Shown: positions 18,172-28,167 of the stretch, one piece after another
How the letters are laid out: every line of letters starts with the position of its first letter
How positions within the stretch are numbered: the stretch's first letter is position 1
Source of the DNA: an uncultured Thermotogaceae bacterium
Lineage (GTDB): Bacteria > Thermotogota > Thermotogae > MWEM01
Direction of reading: 5' to 3'
DNA: 64,000 nucleotides
NCBI GenBank assembly: GCA_964604305.1
Contig: CAZRYM010000002.1
Location: 15,639-79,638 of the forward strand
Program-made: the position numbers and the translations under genes
Notes under the pieces: generated by a model
Seen by the model: only the letters and a program-made list of their open reading frames with translations
Database searches by the model: none
What the model was told of the DNA's origin: nothing

Positions 18172-21039
18172 ATGAGCTTATCTGAACAAATCAAAAAAAG
18201 AATTCTTCAGGATATCACATTAAAGCAATTAATGGATCATTCGGATAGAGCAGTATTTTGCAGAGACTTTTCGGGAACAATCGTTTATTGGGGGAAAAAT
18301 GCTGAGGAGCTCTATGGATATATGAGTAAGGAAATGGAAGGTAGTTCTATCTCTTTAATTAAGCCGGCGAATTATCCTGTTGAATTACCTTTCATTGATG
18401 ACAGGGTAAAGCAAGGAGAGCTGATCAAAGATTTCGAGACTACTCGAATAGATAAAGAAAAGCGAATTTTGAGTGTTTTAAGTTCCATCATACCCCTTGA
18501 AGTAAATGGAAAGTGCGTCGCAGCCATTCATCTGGAAAAAAACATCACTAAAGAAAAGAATAAATCACATGAAAAGCGTTTCAGGAAGATATTGGAAAGC
18601 TTTCCGGATGTAATATTTGAATTGGATAAAGATTTTAAAATCATCTGGGCGAATAAAATCGCATTGGAAATACAACCGCTTGCCATAGGGATGAAGTGTT
18701 ATGAGGCTTATGCAGATTCAAAAACACCGTGTGATGGTTGTGCGATTGTTCAAGCTTTGGAAAATGGTACACCGCAACAAAGTCTTACACATCATCTTCA
18801 ATTTCATGATGAAGAGAAATATTGGGAAAACTTGGCTATACCGGTTAAGGATTCTTATGGCAACATCACCTCCATTATCGAAGTTTCCAGGGATATAACA
18901 ACAAAAAAGATGGCAGAAATGGAACTCTTTAGAACAAAAGAGAGGCTGGAATTATCGATGAAAGCGGGCAATGTCGCCTGGTGGATATGGGATTATCAAA
19001 CCGGTTTCGTCGAGTATGACAAACGTAAAGCCGAAATGGCAGGTTATTCATATGAAGAATTTCCAAAAAATGTCTATAAAATAACGGAGTTGATTCATCC
19101 GGATGATTACGACAAAACGATGAAGGTGATGATGGATCATTTAAAGGGCCATACTCCGGAATACAGGATTGATTACAGATTAAAAACAAAGAACAATGAT
19201 TATGTGTGGTTCCATGACAGGGGAAAAGTTATAGAGCGTCAAGAGGACGGAACGCCGTTAAAACTTTCCGGAGCTGTTATCGATATTACAAAGAGGAAAG
19301 AAGTGGAGGAAAAGCTGAGAACCGCTCTCGATGGGCAAAAAAAAGTTGATGAATCATTAAAGACAGCCAAAAACCAGGCAGAGGAAGCCAATAAGGCGAA
19401 AAGTGAATTTTTGGCTAATATGAGCCATGAAATCAGAACGCCTCTTAACGGTATTGTTGGATTTACAGAATTACTTCTAAAAACCGATTTGACTCAGGCT
19501 CAAAAGAGATATATGGATCATGTCCATAATTCAGCAACTGCTCTGATGGATATTATCAATGATATTTTGGACTTTTCGAAAATTGAGGCTGGTAAACTGG
19601 AGCTTAATTACGAGCAGACGGACCTTGGTGAATTGATTAAAAATTCATTGGATGTCATAAAATATAAAGTTAGAGAAAAAGATATCAGGCTTACCAAGGA
19701 TATCGATAAAAGGATTCCCCTTTATCTTTTAACGGATCCAATCCGATTAAGACAAATCCTGACGAATTTACTCAGCAATGCTGCAAAATTTACTGAACAT
19801 GGTCAAATAAGCCTTTCGGTACATTGTATTCGTTGTTTACATGAAGATTCCATCGTACAACTTCATTTTGCAGTAAAGGATACGGGGATAGGAATTTCTG
19901 CTGAAAATCAGAAAAAGGTCTTTAACTCTTTTTTACAAGCGGATCATTCAACTACAAAAAAATATGGTGGGACGGGGTTGGGACTCAGTATTACCAACAG
20001 CCTATTACAGATGATGGGAAGCAGCCTTAATGTAGAAAGCAAATTGGAAGAGGGCAGTACCTTTTCTTTTGATCTTGAGCTAAAAGCAGTGGAACCTGAT
20101 ACAATAACTTTGACAGAAAACCAGGATATAAGTGAAAATGTTTATTATAAATCAGAATTTTCTGAGAAAATTGAAGAAGCTGATATAAAAGCTTTCAAAA
20201 CACAACCGGTGAAAATATTAATAGCCGAAGATAATGAAGTGAATATGGAACTCACGGAAATTATTCTCAAAGACATTTTCGGCATGTTAGACAAAAAAGA
20301 AGATAACAAAAGCCCATTAAGAATAATAAAAGCTGTGAACGGTAAAGAAGCCATAGAACAGTATTTGAAGGAGTCACCGGAGATTGTTTTTCTGGACATT
20401 CAAATGCCTGTTAAAAATGGTTATCAAGTGGCTAAAAATATCAGAAAGCATGAATCTGAGACTTTAAAACCATTCGTAGTTGCCTTAACAGCAGCTGCTG
20501 TTAAGGGTGAAAGAGAGAAATGTCTTCAAGCCGGTATGGATGAATATATTACAAAACCTGTGGTAAATCAGTCGATAAAGGAGATTCTCCAACGATACCT
20601 TGAAATAAACAACTTAAAAGTAATTATTAAACAACCTAAAAAACCGGAAGCTATAACAAAAGACACAAATCATTCGATTAATGATCAAAATAAGATAGAA
20701 CATTTTAATTCTCAGCAGCTAAAGAAAGTGTTTAACGAAGATCAGGAGATGTTTAATCACATACTCAGTATTGGGAAAAACTCATTAATTGAAGAAGCAG
20801 GTAAATTGAGAGATTATTTATCAAAAGGGCAGATAAGTGGACTAAAAAAAAGTGCTCACAAAGTAAAAGGTATGGCATTAAATCTTAGGTTTGAAAGATT
20901 GCAACAGCTGGCAGAGAAGCTGGAAAAGTCTACTCTTCAAGAAACATCAGTTGAAATATTCCAACCTTTAACTCGAACTGTGATAGAGGAGATCAATTTT
21001 TTAACTAACATGTTGGAAGATAAATTTAATCTGCTATAA
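18172..21039 (+). CDS. Hybrid sensor histidine kinase: multiple PAS/PAC domains, HisKA, HATPase_c, receiver and C-terminal Hpt domain
   Basis: H-box ANMSHEIRTPLNGI; G-boxes DTGIGIS...GGTGLGLSI; receiver KILIAEDNEVN...FLDIQMP...ITKP; Hpt HKVKGMALNL; ATG 18172 has a GAGGT RBS. Confidence 0.85.
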   Translation: MSLSEQIKKRILQDITLKQLMDHSDRAVFCRDFSGTIVYWGKNAEELYGYMSKEMEGSSISLIKPANYPVELPFIDDRVKQGELIKDFETTRIDKEKRILSVLSSIIPLEVNGKCVAAIHLEKNITKEKNKSHEKRFRKILESFPDVIFELDKDFKIIWANKIALEIQPLAIGMKCYEAYADSKTPCDGCAIVQALENGTPQQSLTHHLQFHDEEKYWENLAIPVKDSYGNITSIIEVSRDITTKKMAEMELFRTKERLELSMKAGNVAWWIWDYQTGFVEYDKRKAEMAGYSYEEFPKNVYKITELIHPDDYDKTMKVMMDHLKGHTPEYRIDYRLKTKNNDYVWFHDRGKVIERQEDGTPLKLSGAVIDITKRKEVEEKLRTALDGQKKVDESLKTAKNQAEEANKAKSEFLANMSHEIRTPLNGIVGFTELLLKTDLTQAQKRYMDHVHNSATALMDIINDILDFSKIEAGKLELNYEQTDLGELIKNSLDVIKYKVREKDIRLTKDIDKRIPLYLLTDPIRLRQILTNLLSNAAKFTEHGQISLSVHCIRCLHEDSIVQLHFAVKDTGIGISAENQKKVFNSFLQADHSTTKKYGGTGLGLSITNSLLQMMGSSLNVESKLEEGSTFSFDLELKAVEPDTITLTENQDISENVYYKSEFSEKIEEADIKAFKTQPVKILIAEDNEVNMELTEIILKDIFGMLDKKEDNKSPLRIIKAVNGKEAIEQYLKESPEIVFLDIQMPVKNGYQVAKNIRKHESETLKPFVVALTAAAVKGEREKCLQAGMDEYITKPVVNQSIKEILQRYLEINNLKVIIKQPKKPEAITKDTNHSINDQNKIEHFNSQQLKKVFNEDQEMFNHILSIGKNSLIEEAGKLRDYLSKGQISGLKKSAHKVKGMALNLRFERLQQLAEKLEKSTLQETSVEIFQPLTRTVIEEINFLTNMLEDKFNLL

Positions 21040-21073
21040 TGCTGACGAAGATGATGTTACTGAGTTTTTTTAG

Positions 21074-22339
21074 ATGACTTTTAAAATGGAGATGAATGGA
21101 AGTGATCAAATGGCAAAAAATCTTTTATATGCACAATCAGGAGGGGTAACTCCTGTTCTTAATGCCTCAGCTTATGGTGTTATTTCTGCAGCACTTAATT
21201 CAAATGCCGTGTACAAAGTTTATGCAGCGAAGAATGGCATACAGGGCGTTTTAGATGAAGAACTTTTTGTGATAAACGATGAAAAAAAAGAGGAAATTGA
21301 AAAAATGGCTTACACTCCCGGTGGTATTTTTGGCTCCTGTCGGGTGAAAATAGAAACCGAAGAACAACTTAACCAGGTGTTTTCAGTCTTTAAAGCCCAT
21401 AATATTGGTTATTTCTTATACAATGGAGGAAATGATTCCATGGAAACAGCCCTATCCGTTTCAGAGTATGCTAAAAAGATTGGCTACGATTTAAAGGTTT
21501 TTGGTATTCCCAAAACGGTGGACAATGATCTGATGAATACAGATCATTGCCCGGGGTATGGTTCTGCCGCCAAATTTACAGCAACGGCGATTTTGGAAGC
21601 TACAAGAGATCTCAAATCCATGAGTTTGTCTTCCACGAAGGTATTTCTGATGGAATCAATGGGAAGGCATGCCGGATGGCTTGCAGCCTCAGCAGCATTG
21701 GCACAGGAAGTGGAAGAAGCTGCTGCTTCGGTGATACTCTTACCAGAGGTTGCCTTTTCGAAAGGAAAGTTCCTCGCACGTGTTGAAGAGGAGATTATCA
21801 AGAACGGTTTTTGTTCGATAGTGGCATCAGAGGCATTAACTGATGAGAAGGGTAAATTTATTTCAGATGCTGGATATAAGGATACATTCGGTAATGTTCA
21901 ACTGGGTAAAATCAGTAACGTACTAGAACAGTTGATTAAAGACGAACTGAAATTGAAAATCCATACCGCCTTACCCGATTATCTTCAAAGATCTTCAAGA
22001 CATATTGCAAGCCTGACTGATTGGCAAGATGCCATAGAGGTTGGCGCAAGAGCGGTTCTTTGGATGACAAATCATTCCATGTCCGGGAAGATGGTCAGCA
22101 TTGTCAGAGACATGGATCAACCGTATATCAGACATTTTGAAATGGTAGAACTTAGTGATGTTGCAGGGGAAACAAAGACTTTACCTAATGATTTTATCGA
22201 TGAATCGGGTTTTAACGTTACCCAAAAATTCTGGCAATACGCCAGACCTTTGATTATAGGGGAAACACCAAATCAATACATGTACGGAGTGCCCATGTAT
22301 GCTAAATTAAAATATGTTCTTGAACAGAAAGTCCTTTAA
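21074..22339 (+). CDS. pfp: Pyrophosphate-dependent 6-phosphofructokinase (long PFK-A family; Pfp-like)
   Basis: SGGVTPVLNAS; NGGNDS; PKTVDNDL; MGRHAGWLA; 421-aa long form; the true start may be the internal ATG at 21110. Confidence 0.75.
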   Translation: MTFKMEMNGSDQMAKNLLYAQSGGVTPVLNASAYGVISAALNSNAVYKVYAAKNGIQGVLDEELFVINDEKKEEIEKMAYTPGGIFGSCRVKIETEEQLNQVFSVFKAHNIGYFLYNGGNDSMETALSVSEYAKKIGYDLKVFGIPKTVDNDLMNTDHCPGYGSAAKFTATAILEATRDLKSMSLSSTKVFLMESMGRHAGWLAASAALAQEVEEAAASVILLPEVAFSKGKFLARVEEEIIKNGFCSIVASEALTDEKGKFISDAGYKDTFGNVQLGKISNVLEQLIKDELKLKIHTALPDYLQRSSRHIASLTDWQDAIEVGARAVLWMTNHSMSGKMVSIVRDMDQPYIRHFEMVELSDVAGETKTLPNDFIDESGFNVTQKFWQYARPLIIGETPNQYMYGVPMYAKLKYVLEQKVL

Positions 22340-22421
22340 TGGGCACTAGTTGAAAAAAACAAGAGGCATATAAAATTCGTCAAGATTAATTAAGTTTTAT
22401 TAATTTAAGAGGAGGGCGTAT

Positions 22422-23801
22422 ATGAAATCTTATGAGTTGGTAATAATTGGTGCCGGACCCGGAGGTTATGTCGGTGCAATCAGAGCTTCACAGCTGGGAA
22501 TAAAGACCGCAGTGATTGAAAAGGATAAACCCGGTGGAGTATGTCTTAATATTGGATGTATTCCTTCGAAGGCATTGATACATCAAGCTGAGAAATTTAA
22601 CGCCATTTCAGATCTGGAAAAGATGGGAATAAAAGTAGATACTAGTGAATTTGATTATAAACAGGTTTTTAAAAAGTCAAGACTTGCTGCAAAAAAGCTT
22701 TCCAAAGGGGTTCAATTCCTTTTAAAGAAAAATAAAGTGGATTATATTGAGGGGGAAGCCTCTTTTAAAGATAAAAACACCATTCTGGTCAACGAAGAAG
22801 AAATTCAGGCTAATCAAATTATTATCGCAACGGGATCCAGACCGAAACAGATTCCCGGTTTCGTTATAGATGAAGAAAATATTCTTAGTTCAACCGGCGC
22901 CTTAATGCTTGAAAAGCTTCCAAAGAAGATGCTTATTCTTGGAAGCGGGGCGATTGGTGTTGAATTTTCTCATGTGTTTAGTTCCTTTGGAGTTGAAATA
23001 CATCTCGTTGAGATGCTTGATAATATCATACCAACAGAGGATGAGGATATTAGCAAAGAATTGGAGAAAGCGTTTAAAAAAAGAAAGATAAACTGTTACA
23101 CTTCTACAAAAGCAACTGGTGTTGAGAAAACCGAAAATGGGTTAACGGTCACATTAAAAGATAAAGAAGGCAATGAAGAAAAACTCGAGGTAGATAAAAT
23201 ATTGCTTGCTGTAGGAAGAGATACGAATATTGAAGGACTAGGCCTTGATAAAATTGGGGTCGAATTGGAGAGGGGAAATTTCATAAAAACGGGGGATTAC
23301 TATGAAACTTCAGTGAAAGACGTTTATGCTGTTGGTGATGTAGTCTCATCCCCATTACTTGCGCACGTGGCTTCAAAGGAAGCTGAAATTGCAGTTGAAC
23401 ATATAGCCGGTAAGGAACCGGAGAAAAAATTGGATCCAACTATTATCCCCGGAGCTGTTTATTGTGAGCCCGAGATTGGAAGTTTCGGTTTAAAGGAAAA
23501 AGATATTCAGGATAAAAAGGTCAAAGTATCAAAGTTCCCATATAAAGCGATCGGAAAAGCAACGGCAATAGAACAATCAGAAGGATTTATCAAATTAATT
23601 ACCGATGAAAATTCCGGAGAAATACTTGGTGCAAGTATTATAGGTGCACAAGCAACGGAATTGATACATGAACTGTTATTGGCAAAGGATTCTGGAATCT
23701 TTACAGAGAAAATTGCTCAACTCATTCATGCACATCCCACCCTTTCAGAAGGTCTTATGGAAGCCTCAAGATTATCAAATGGCTGGGCAATACAAGTTTA
23801 G
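22422..23801 (+). CDS. lpdA: Dihydrolipoyl dehydrogenase
   Basis: IIGAGPGGYVGAIRASQLG; redox disulfide GGVCLNIGCIPSK; C-terminal HAHPTLSE dimerization motif. Confidence 0.85.
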   Translation: MKSYELVIIGAGPGGYVGAIRASQLGIKTAVIEKDKPGGVCLNIGCIPSKALIHQAEKFNAISDLEKMGIKVDTSEFDYKQVFKKSRLAAKKLSKGVQFLLKKNKVDYIEGEASFKDKNTILVNEEEIQANQIIIATGSRPKQIPGFVIDEENILSSTGALMLEKLPKKMLILGSGAIGVEFSHVFSSFGVEIHLVEMLDNIIPTEDEDISKELEKAFKKRKINCYTSTKATGVEKTENGLTVTLKDKEGNEEKLEVDKILLAVGRDTNIEGLGLDKIGVELERGNFIKTGDYYETSVKDVYAVGDVVSSPLLAHVASKEAEIAVEHIAGKEPEKKLDPTIIPGAVYCEPEIGSFGLKEKDIQDKKVKVSKFPYKAIGKATAIEQSEGFIKLITDENSGEILGASIIGAQATELIHELLLAKDSGIFTEKIAQLIHAHPTLSEGLMEASRLSNGWAIQV

Positions 23802-23843
23802 ATTTAACTCATCATCTTGAACAATGAGGAGGAGTGAAAAGGA

Positions 23844-24113
23844 ATGCCAAGTTGGCTTTATGTGATACCCTTCCTTTGGTTTGCTATCAGTGGTATCGTT
23901 AAGTTTGTCAAATCAGGCGGGCAGAAGATCGTGATGCTTGGGGATATAGTTATAGCAACAGGGTTTTTATATCAATTAATTTTCCCAACAGGTACCACCG
24001 GTTTTTTTATTGCAGGAGCCGGTGTTATTGTTGATTTGATACTGTATCTAATCGTATTAAAACAAACAAAAAGGAATCAAAGTGAAAAAACAGAAAATGA
24101 AAATCGGAAATAA
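23844..24113 (+). CDS. Small hypothetical membrane protein (2-3 TM)
   Basis: 89 aa, two or three hydrophobic spans; RBS GAGGAGTG; followed by its own terminator. Confidence 0.45.
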   Translation: MPSWLYVIPFLWFAISGIVKFVKSGGQKIVMLGDIVIATGFLYQLIFPTGTTGFFIAGAGVIVDLILYLIVLKQTKRNQSEKTENENRK

Positions 24114-24151
24114 AGAATAGTACTTAATTATATAAACAAAGAAATCATTTA

Positions 24152-24177
24152 AAGATGCTTGAGGGCATCTTTTTTTT
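24152..24177 (+). terminator. Rho-independent terminator (AAGATGC-uugagg-GCATCTT + U-run)
   Basis: 7-bp stem, 6-nt loop, then TTTTTTTT. Confidence 0.6.
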
Positions 24178-24271
24178 AGATCAATAGGGGGACCACTTAA
24201 CATGATATAATTAACAGGTTTTGAAAATCAACAAGTATCAATCAGGTTTTTTTTGAAAGGAAAGTGATTTT

Positions 24272-24658
24272 ATGCCAAAGGTTTTTAGAAAAGAAAGAAT
24301 AGAAGCGGAGATTTTAAGGGTGATGGCCGATGCCCTTGTCAATTGGAAAGAGCCTCCCATCCCAAAAGAATTGATATCATTCACAAGGGTTGAATTAACC
24401 AGAGACAAAAGATATGCCAAAGTATATGTTAGTATTTTTGATGCGGGTAATGAGGATGAGAATGCAGAAGAGATTTTTGAATTGTTAAATAAAAAAACCG
24501 GTTATTTTAGGGGTTTTCTGGGTAAACAAATCAGGCTCTATTACACGCCGGAAGTTAAACTGATTCACGATTATGGCATTAAAGAAAGTGTTAAAATGCA
24601 AAAAATAATTGATAATCTGGATATTAATCAGAAAGATTCAGAAAACACGGAGGATTGA
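24272..24658 (+). CDS. rbfA: Ribosome-binding factor A
   Basis: RIEAEILRVMADAL...FTRVELTRDKRYAKVYVS is the RbfA signature. Confidence 0.85.
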   Translation: MPKVFRKERIEAEILRVMADALVNWKEPPIPKELISFTRVELTRDKRYAKVYVSIFDAGNEDENAEEIFELLNKKTGYFRGFLGKQIRLYYTPEVKLIHDYGIKESVKMQKIIDNLDINQKDSENTED

Positions 24659-24659
24659 G

Positions 24660-25616
24660 TTGGCTTCCATTAATGGCATTCTTCCGCTTTATAAACCAAT
24701 CGGTCCCACGTCGCATGACATGGTGAGCTGGTTAAGAAAAAGGATAAAAACAAAAAAGGTAGGTCATTCAGGAACGCTGGATCCCTTTGCAGAAGGTGTG
24801 CTTGTCATGGGGATTGGGAAAGGGACAAGGATTTTAGAGTTTTTAAAAGATGAGAAAAAGGAATATACCATGACTTTTAGACTGGGACTTCTGACAGATA
24901 CATATGATATAGAAGGACAAGTTGTAACTGATGAACCGGTAAAGATCAGTGAAGAAAAAATTACAGATGCAGTCAAAAGTATGGAAGGTGTTCAAAAACA
25001 GATTCCTCCAATCTATTCAGCCAAGAAGTATAAGGGTAAAAAATTGTATGAATATGCCCGTGAGGGAAAGGTCATTAAGATGCCTCCCAGAGAGATCGAG
25101 ATTTTTTCTATCGATATTTTGAAGATTCATGACAGGGATATCACAATAAACGCCATCGTGACACCGGGTACCTACATGCGCTCACTAGCATTTGATATAG
25201 GATTAAAGCTTTCTACAAACGCTGCAGCAACTGAGCTGGTACGCAATGTCAATGGGCGTTTTACAGCCTCTGACTGTATGAGAGCGGGAGATTCGTCACA
25301 ATTTGATTATGTGGAATTTCATCAGCATTTGAAGACTATCGGTGATGCCCTTTCAGGGCTAAGTCAGGTAAAGATCAAAGCAGGATATGTTAAAAACGTT
25401 TTAAATGGAAATCCGATTAGAATGGACTGGATTACAGATTATGGAGAGTTTAAAAAAGACGAACTAATACAAGTTGTCAATCAGGATAATGACTTGATTG
25501 CTGTTGGTTATGCCCAAAGAAATGCTTCTTTCTTCCGAACATTGAAAGAACAAGACAGGAATGAAATTGTTGTCAAAGCAAAGAAGGTTTTTGGAGAGAA
25601 TGTGAGCAATGATTAA
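24660..25616 (+). CDS. truB: tRNA pseudouridine(55) synthase
   Basis: GILPLYKPIGPTSHDMVSWLR...KVGHSGTLDPFAEGVL with catalytic Asp; TTG start at 24660 after GGAGG; the ORF track begins earlier, at 24609, overlapping rbfA. Confidence 0.85.
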   Translation: MASINGILPLYKPIGPTSHDMVSWLRKRIKTKKVGHSGTLDPFAEGVLVMGIGKGTRILEFLKDEKKEYTMTFRLGLLTDTYDIEGQVVTDEPVKISEEKITDAVKSMEGVQKQIPPIYSAKKYKGKKLYEYAREGKVIKMPPREIEIFSIDILKIHDRDITINAIVTPGTYMRSLAFDIGLKLSTNAAATELVRNVNGRFTASDCMRAGDSSQFDYVEFHQHLKTIGDALSGLSQVKIKAGYVKNVLNGNPIRMDWITDYGEFKKDELIQVVNQDNDLIAVGYAQRNASFFRTLKEQDRNEIVVKAKKVFGENVSND

Positions 25617-26526
25617 GTCCAATTCACTGACTTTAGGAATATTTGATGGTGTTCATATTGGACACAGGCGGCTTATTGAGAAAACAAAAGAAGTTAAAGA
25701 AACAAGCGGAAAGACGATATTGCTGACGTTTGCATATCCATCAACATACTATCTTCATAAAGAGAGTTTCCCGGGACTCATATATTCCCCGCGTAAGAGG
25801 GAGGAGATCATCAAATCATTGGGTATGGATTCTGTTGTTTTTCTTGACTTTAAGCAGTTTTATACAAAAACTCCCCTTGAATTTGTCAGGTATATCACCG
25901 AGCAATTTTCTCCTTCAGAGTTGACTGTTGGGTTTAACTTTCATTTTGGGAAAAATAGGATTGGTGACTCAGAGCTTCTATTAGATTTGGGGCATCGCTT
26001 TGGTTTTCGAACGAATATTGTACCTGCTGTTAACGCCTCTGGTCACAGAGTAAGCAGCTCATTAATTCGATATTTTTTAAAAAATGGAGATATTAAACGG
26101 GCTAATGAAATATTAAAATGTCCTTATTCAATAGAGGGAAAGGTTTTTCAGGATCAGGGACTGGGGAAAAAATTAGGATTTCCTACAGCTAATCTAAAGA
26201 GAGAAGGAAAAGGTTTGCTGACTCCGTGTTATGGTGTATATCTGGGTTATACACCTGGACTGGGTTTTGGTTTATTGAACATAGGCAAAAGACCAACAGT
26301 CAGCCAGGATGATTTGATCCATTATGAAGTACACTATTTAAAGGGCCATTATCAGTTATATGGAACGAAAATTGTCTGTTATCTTCTTGACTTCATTCGT
26401 CAAGAAAAAAAGTTTTTGTCTGTTGATGAGCTGGTTCAAGAGATAAAAAAAGACAGAAAGAAGGCATATCAGAAAATAGAGAGTTTAACAATTGAAGATG
26501 GTTGGTGGAAAAATGAAATTAAATAA
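25609..26526 (+). CDS. ribF: Bifunctional riboflavin kinase / FMN adenylyltransferase
   Basis: LGIFDGVHIGHRRLI FAD-synthetase N-terminus; C-terminal riboflavin kinase domain GFPTANL. Confidence 0.85.
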   Translation: MIKSNSLTLGIFDGVHIGHRRLIEKTKEVKETSGKTILLTFAYPSTYYLHKESFPGLIYSPRKREEIIKSLGMDSVVFLDFKQFYTKTPLEFVRYITEQFSPSELTVGFNFHFGKNRIGDSELLLDLGHRFGFRTNIVPAVNASGHRVSSSLIRYFLKNGDIKRANEILKCPYSIEGKVFQDQGLGKKLGFPTANLKREGKGLLTPCYGVYLGYTPGLGFGLLNIGKRPTVSQDDLIHYEVHYLKGHYQLYGTKIVCYLLDFIRQEKKFLSVDELVQEIKKDRKKAYQKIESLTIEDGWWKNEIK

Positions 26527-28126
26527 ATGGAGTATAATCTTTCTTCTGGTTTTAATTGTGTCTGTGTTCCTTTCTTGGGAATTCTTTATCACTAGCAGGA
26601 TGAATTTGGATGTTTCATTCATCTTTCCCGATGGCATATCGGATGATGTGGAGTTCGAAATGAGAATCTATTCTGAGGAATTTGACAACAAGACGGCGGT
26701 CTTTCCACATGATAAAGAGATTAATTATTCAAGTATGCCATTTGGGGATTATTTCTTTGAACTCTATTTGGACGATCGTTTAATCATCAAAGAATTTCAC
26801 AATTTTCAATCTCAATTTTCAATAAAACGAGCTAAAGAACAAGTTGCTCTGGATATCAGTGAATTGGCCACGATTACTTCAGTTAACTATAAGATTGTCG
26901 ACCCCTATTTAACTATCAAATGGACCGGAAAATACCTTGGTGCTTATAAACCTGCTGAGTATCTTGTTTACCTAAATAATAACGAAAGACTCTTAAGTGT
27001 AAATTATTTAGAATTAGATGTTTTGAAGGAACTGCTTGAGGGTGAGCAAGCGGTAGATATTAGAATAATCCCCCTTACACAGTCAGGTGGAAAATTATTG
27101 AGTTTTGAATATCAGGTGCCAATCAGAATGGAGAGTGTTAGGCTGGATATTCCCGAAGGTTTTAACATCTATGATATGAGTATAAATATCCAGGAAAAGC
27201 GCATTCCAATTGACCCTTATGATTCGCGTATTAGTTTTCCTGTCATCGATTTAAGTGAGAATAGCATACCCTTCGAAATCTATTACTATGAAGATAGAAT
27301 ATGGAAATCAGAATTAGATCTGTCTGAAGTTGTTGAAACTATCAAGATACCGGATATTCCACAAGCTACAGTAACGGAGGTAGACTTGGATGAATCAACC
27401 GTCACAGTGCATTTGAACATCGATCGGGAAAAAGAGTTCTTGTACAATCGGTTTAAATATTTTGAAATTAGTTCCGACACAATTAATACAACTGCTACAG
27501 AATATTTTACCTACAATAATGATAATCAGAATATTTACATCACGCCCCTCTTTGAACCTGATATCCAAGGAGAAACCCTTCTTTTTACAATTCCTCAACC
27601 ACCAATTCCGCATTTGCATACGTATATGTTCGATGAGAACTTGGATTTTGCACCTTCAATTAAGATTTATTCCGATAGTTTTCTAAAACTAACCGGAAAC
27701 TTGCAGATAGATAATACTCTAGTTCACAATATACCTGAATTCAAAGGAGAATATCTCTTTGAATTGGATTTCGAAAAAGATGAGGTTCATTTGATAGAGA
27801 TAAGCCTTGAGGATATTTACGGACAAACTGCTCAAAAGGCAAAATGGATTTCAACCTCAGTTCCGGAGACCTCTTTTTTTATTAAAGCCGAGCTCAACAA
27901 AAACCAGATCCTAGATATCAAATGGGACAGTTTAACGATTTATCAGGAAACCGAACTGATTATTACTGACAATTATAATATTAAGAGATTTTATCCGGAA
28001 GAGTCCGGCTTACAAATTGATCTTTCAGGTACCTTGTTACGTGAACCTCTGAGAGTAATATTAAAGGGTTTTTTAAACGGTGATGAGTATACAGCAGCTG
28101 TCATTGAAGGGATAAGAAGCGAGTAA
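26513..28126 (+). CDS. Hypothetical membrane-anchored extracytoplasmic protein
   Basis: N-terminal TM span WSIIFLLVLIVSVFL, then about 500 aa of beta-rich sequence with no recognised motifs; co-directional with, and overlapping, the ribF end. Confidence 0.55.
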   Translation: MKLNKWSIIFLLVLIVSVFLSWEFFITSRMNLDVSFIFPDGISDDVEFEMRIYSEEFDNKTAVFPHDKEINYSSMPFGDYFFELYLDDRLIIKEFHNFQSQFSIKRAKEQVALDISELATITSVNYKIVDPYLTIKWTGKYLGAYKPAEYLVYLNNNERLLSVNYLELDVLKELLEGEQAVDIRIIPLTQSGGKLLSFEYQVPIRMESVRLDIPEGFNIYDMSINIQEKRIPIDPYDSRISFPVIDLSENSIPFEIYYYEDRIWKSELDLSEVVETIKIPDIPQATVTEVDLDESTVTVHLNIDREKEFLYNRFKYFEISSDTINTTATEYFTYNNDNQNIYITPLFEPDIQGETLLFTIPQPPIPHLHTYMFDENLDFAPSIKIYSDSFLKLTGNLQIDNTLVHNIPEFKGEYLFELDFEKDEVHLIEISLEDIYGQTAQKAKWISTSVPETSFFIKAELNKNQILDIKWDSLTIYQETELIITDNYNIKRFYPEESGLQIDLSGTLLREPLRVILKGFLNGDEYTAAVIEGIRSE

Positions 28127-28138
28127 CACTTCTTATCC
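28110..28138. other. Perfect 10-bp hairpin (GGATAAGAAG-9 nt-CTTCTTATCC) whose loop contains the stop codon of the upstream gene; lies between convergent genes
   Basis: 28110-28119 is the reverse complement of 28129-28138; TAA at 28124-28126 is in the loop. Confidence 0.35.
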
Positions 28139-28167
28139 TCACAGTAGTGTTTTAAATGCTTAATCTG

